Assembly (NCBI GenBank): GCA_017455975.1 | Contig: JAFTLK010000065.1 | Coordinates: 336 to 64,335 of the forward strand | Origin: Clostridia bacterium | Lineage (GTDB): Bacteria; Bacillota; Clostridia; Oscillospirales; CAG-272 | Direction of reading: 5' to 3' | DNA: 64,000 bases | Shown: piece by piece, positions 63,781-64,000 of the stretch | How positions within the stretch are numbered: the first letter of the stretch is position 1 | Layout: the number at the start of each line of letters is the position of its first letter | The notes under the pieces: model-generated | The model's input: only the letters and a program-made list of their open reading frames with translations | Databases searched by the model: none | Told to the model about the DNA's origin: nothing | Translations under genes and position numbers: made by a program

Positions 63781-64000
63781 CTCCCAGGACAAACGAATCA
63801 GCTTCCCATCCTCGCGCGTGGGTATGACGGGACTCTCAGCCCGGTATGCCTGTCCTTGTACGGAGAGGGGGCGGCTCCTTGGCACAGACGGGTGCGGCTG
63901 ACCCGGTTTGTGTCGGATGATTTGTTCCTGCGGGGACATGACATCACGGAAGCGGCATGGTTCCGCTCCCGATTGAGGAGACGGTACACCGGTCTGCTTT

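Noticed and set aside
63790-63870. TPP-riboswitch-like strings (CTGAGA ... ACCC ... CTGAT ... GGGAG) on the minus strand. Also glycine-riboswitch-like GGAGAG/CTCTCAG on the plus strand.
   Set aside because: The spacing and the obligatory helices (P2/P3, the CCTGATCTGG.TAAT.CC core) are not present. No minus-strand gene lies downstream to be regulated. For the glycine motif the order of elements is reversed.
63613-63939. 108-aa minus-strand ORF (and the 63-aa ORF at 63798-63989) at the window end.
   Set aside because: No RBS and an implausible composition (Pro/Arg/Ser/His-rich). It overlaps the plus-strand promoter and leader and converges directly on the ARH gene stop.

Overview
64-kb chromosomal window, about 55-58% GC by hand counts of sample lines. 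It comes from a spore-forming Firmicute (Clostridia). The gene content resembles Oscillospiraceae/Ruminococcaceae, but that is inference only; no search was run. I call about 50 protein-coding genes. I recognise no rRNA, tRNA, CRISPR array, transposase, integrase or phage genes.

Layout:
1. 1-9.0 kb: conserved minus-strand housekeeping/sporulation block lon-engB-M50 protease-scpA-scpB-DUF2953-ytfJ-DD-carboxypeptidase-rluB.
2. 9.5-21.9 kb: accessory-looking block. It holds a lower-GC internalin-like LRR protein, DUF1643, an ECF sigma/anti-sigma pair, three paralogous ~500-aa lipoprotein solute-binding proteins (SBPs), an AraC regulator and a GH36-type glycosidase. Two copies of a 190-bp multi-hairpin repeat lie here.
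3. 21.9-32.5 kb: spoIID, a GT4-CsaB fusion, addB-addA.
4. 32.5-40.5 kb: a fourth SBP and a tightly overlapped minus-strand operon rimM-trmD-murJ-O-antigen-ligase-like-DUF4330-DUF4330-fur.
5. 40.7-47.8 kb: rpsU, an MBL hydrolase plus NPP/LamG phosphodiesterase, veg, a ~35% GC islet, fucI plus AraC.
6. 48-54.7 kb: an OmpR/HK two-component system, a GpsA-like dehydrogenase, a small NPP-family protein, type III glutamine synthetase.
7. 54.9-64 kb: a glycan-utilisation-like locus (large SBP-domain lipoprotein, His-less EIIA-like protein, two putative glycosidases, an ADP-ribosylglycohydrolase-family protein), then a promoter/leader running off the window.

The most unusual signal is the 190-nt structured repeat (15179-15368 and 19681-19870), which shows a compensatory change between copies. 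Nothing looks like a recognisable defence or mobile system. All functional calls rest on motif recognition by eye. The start codons I revised, and most others, were checked against the sequence.
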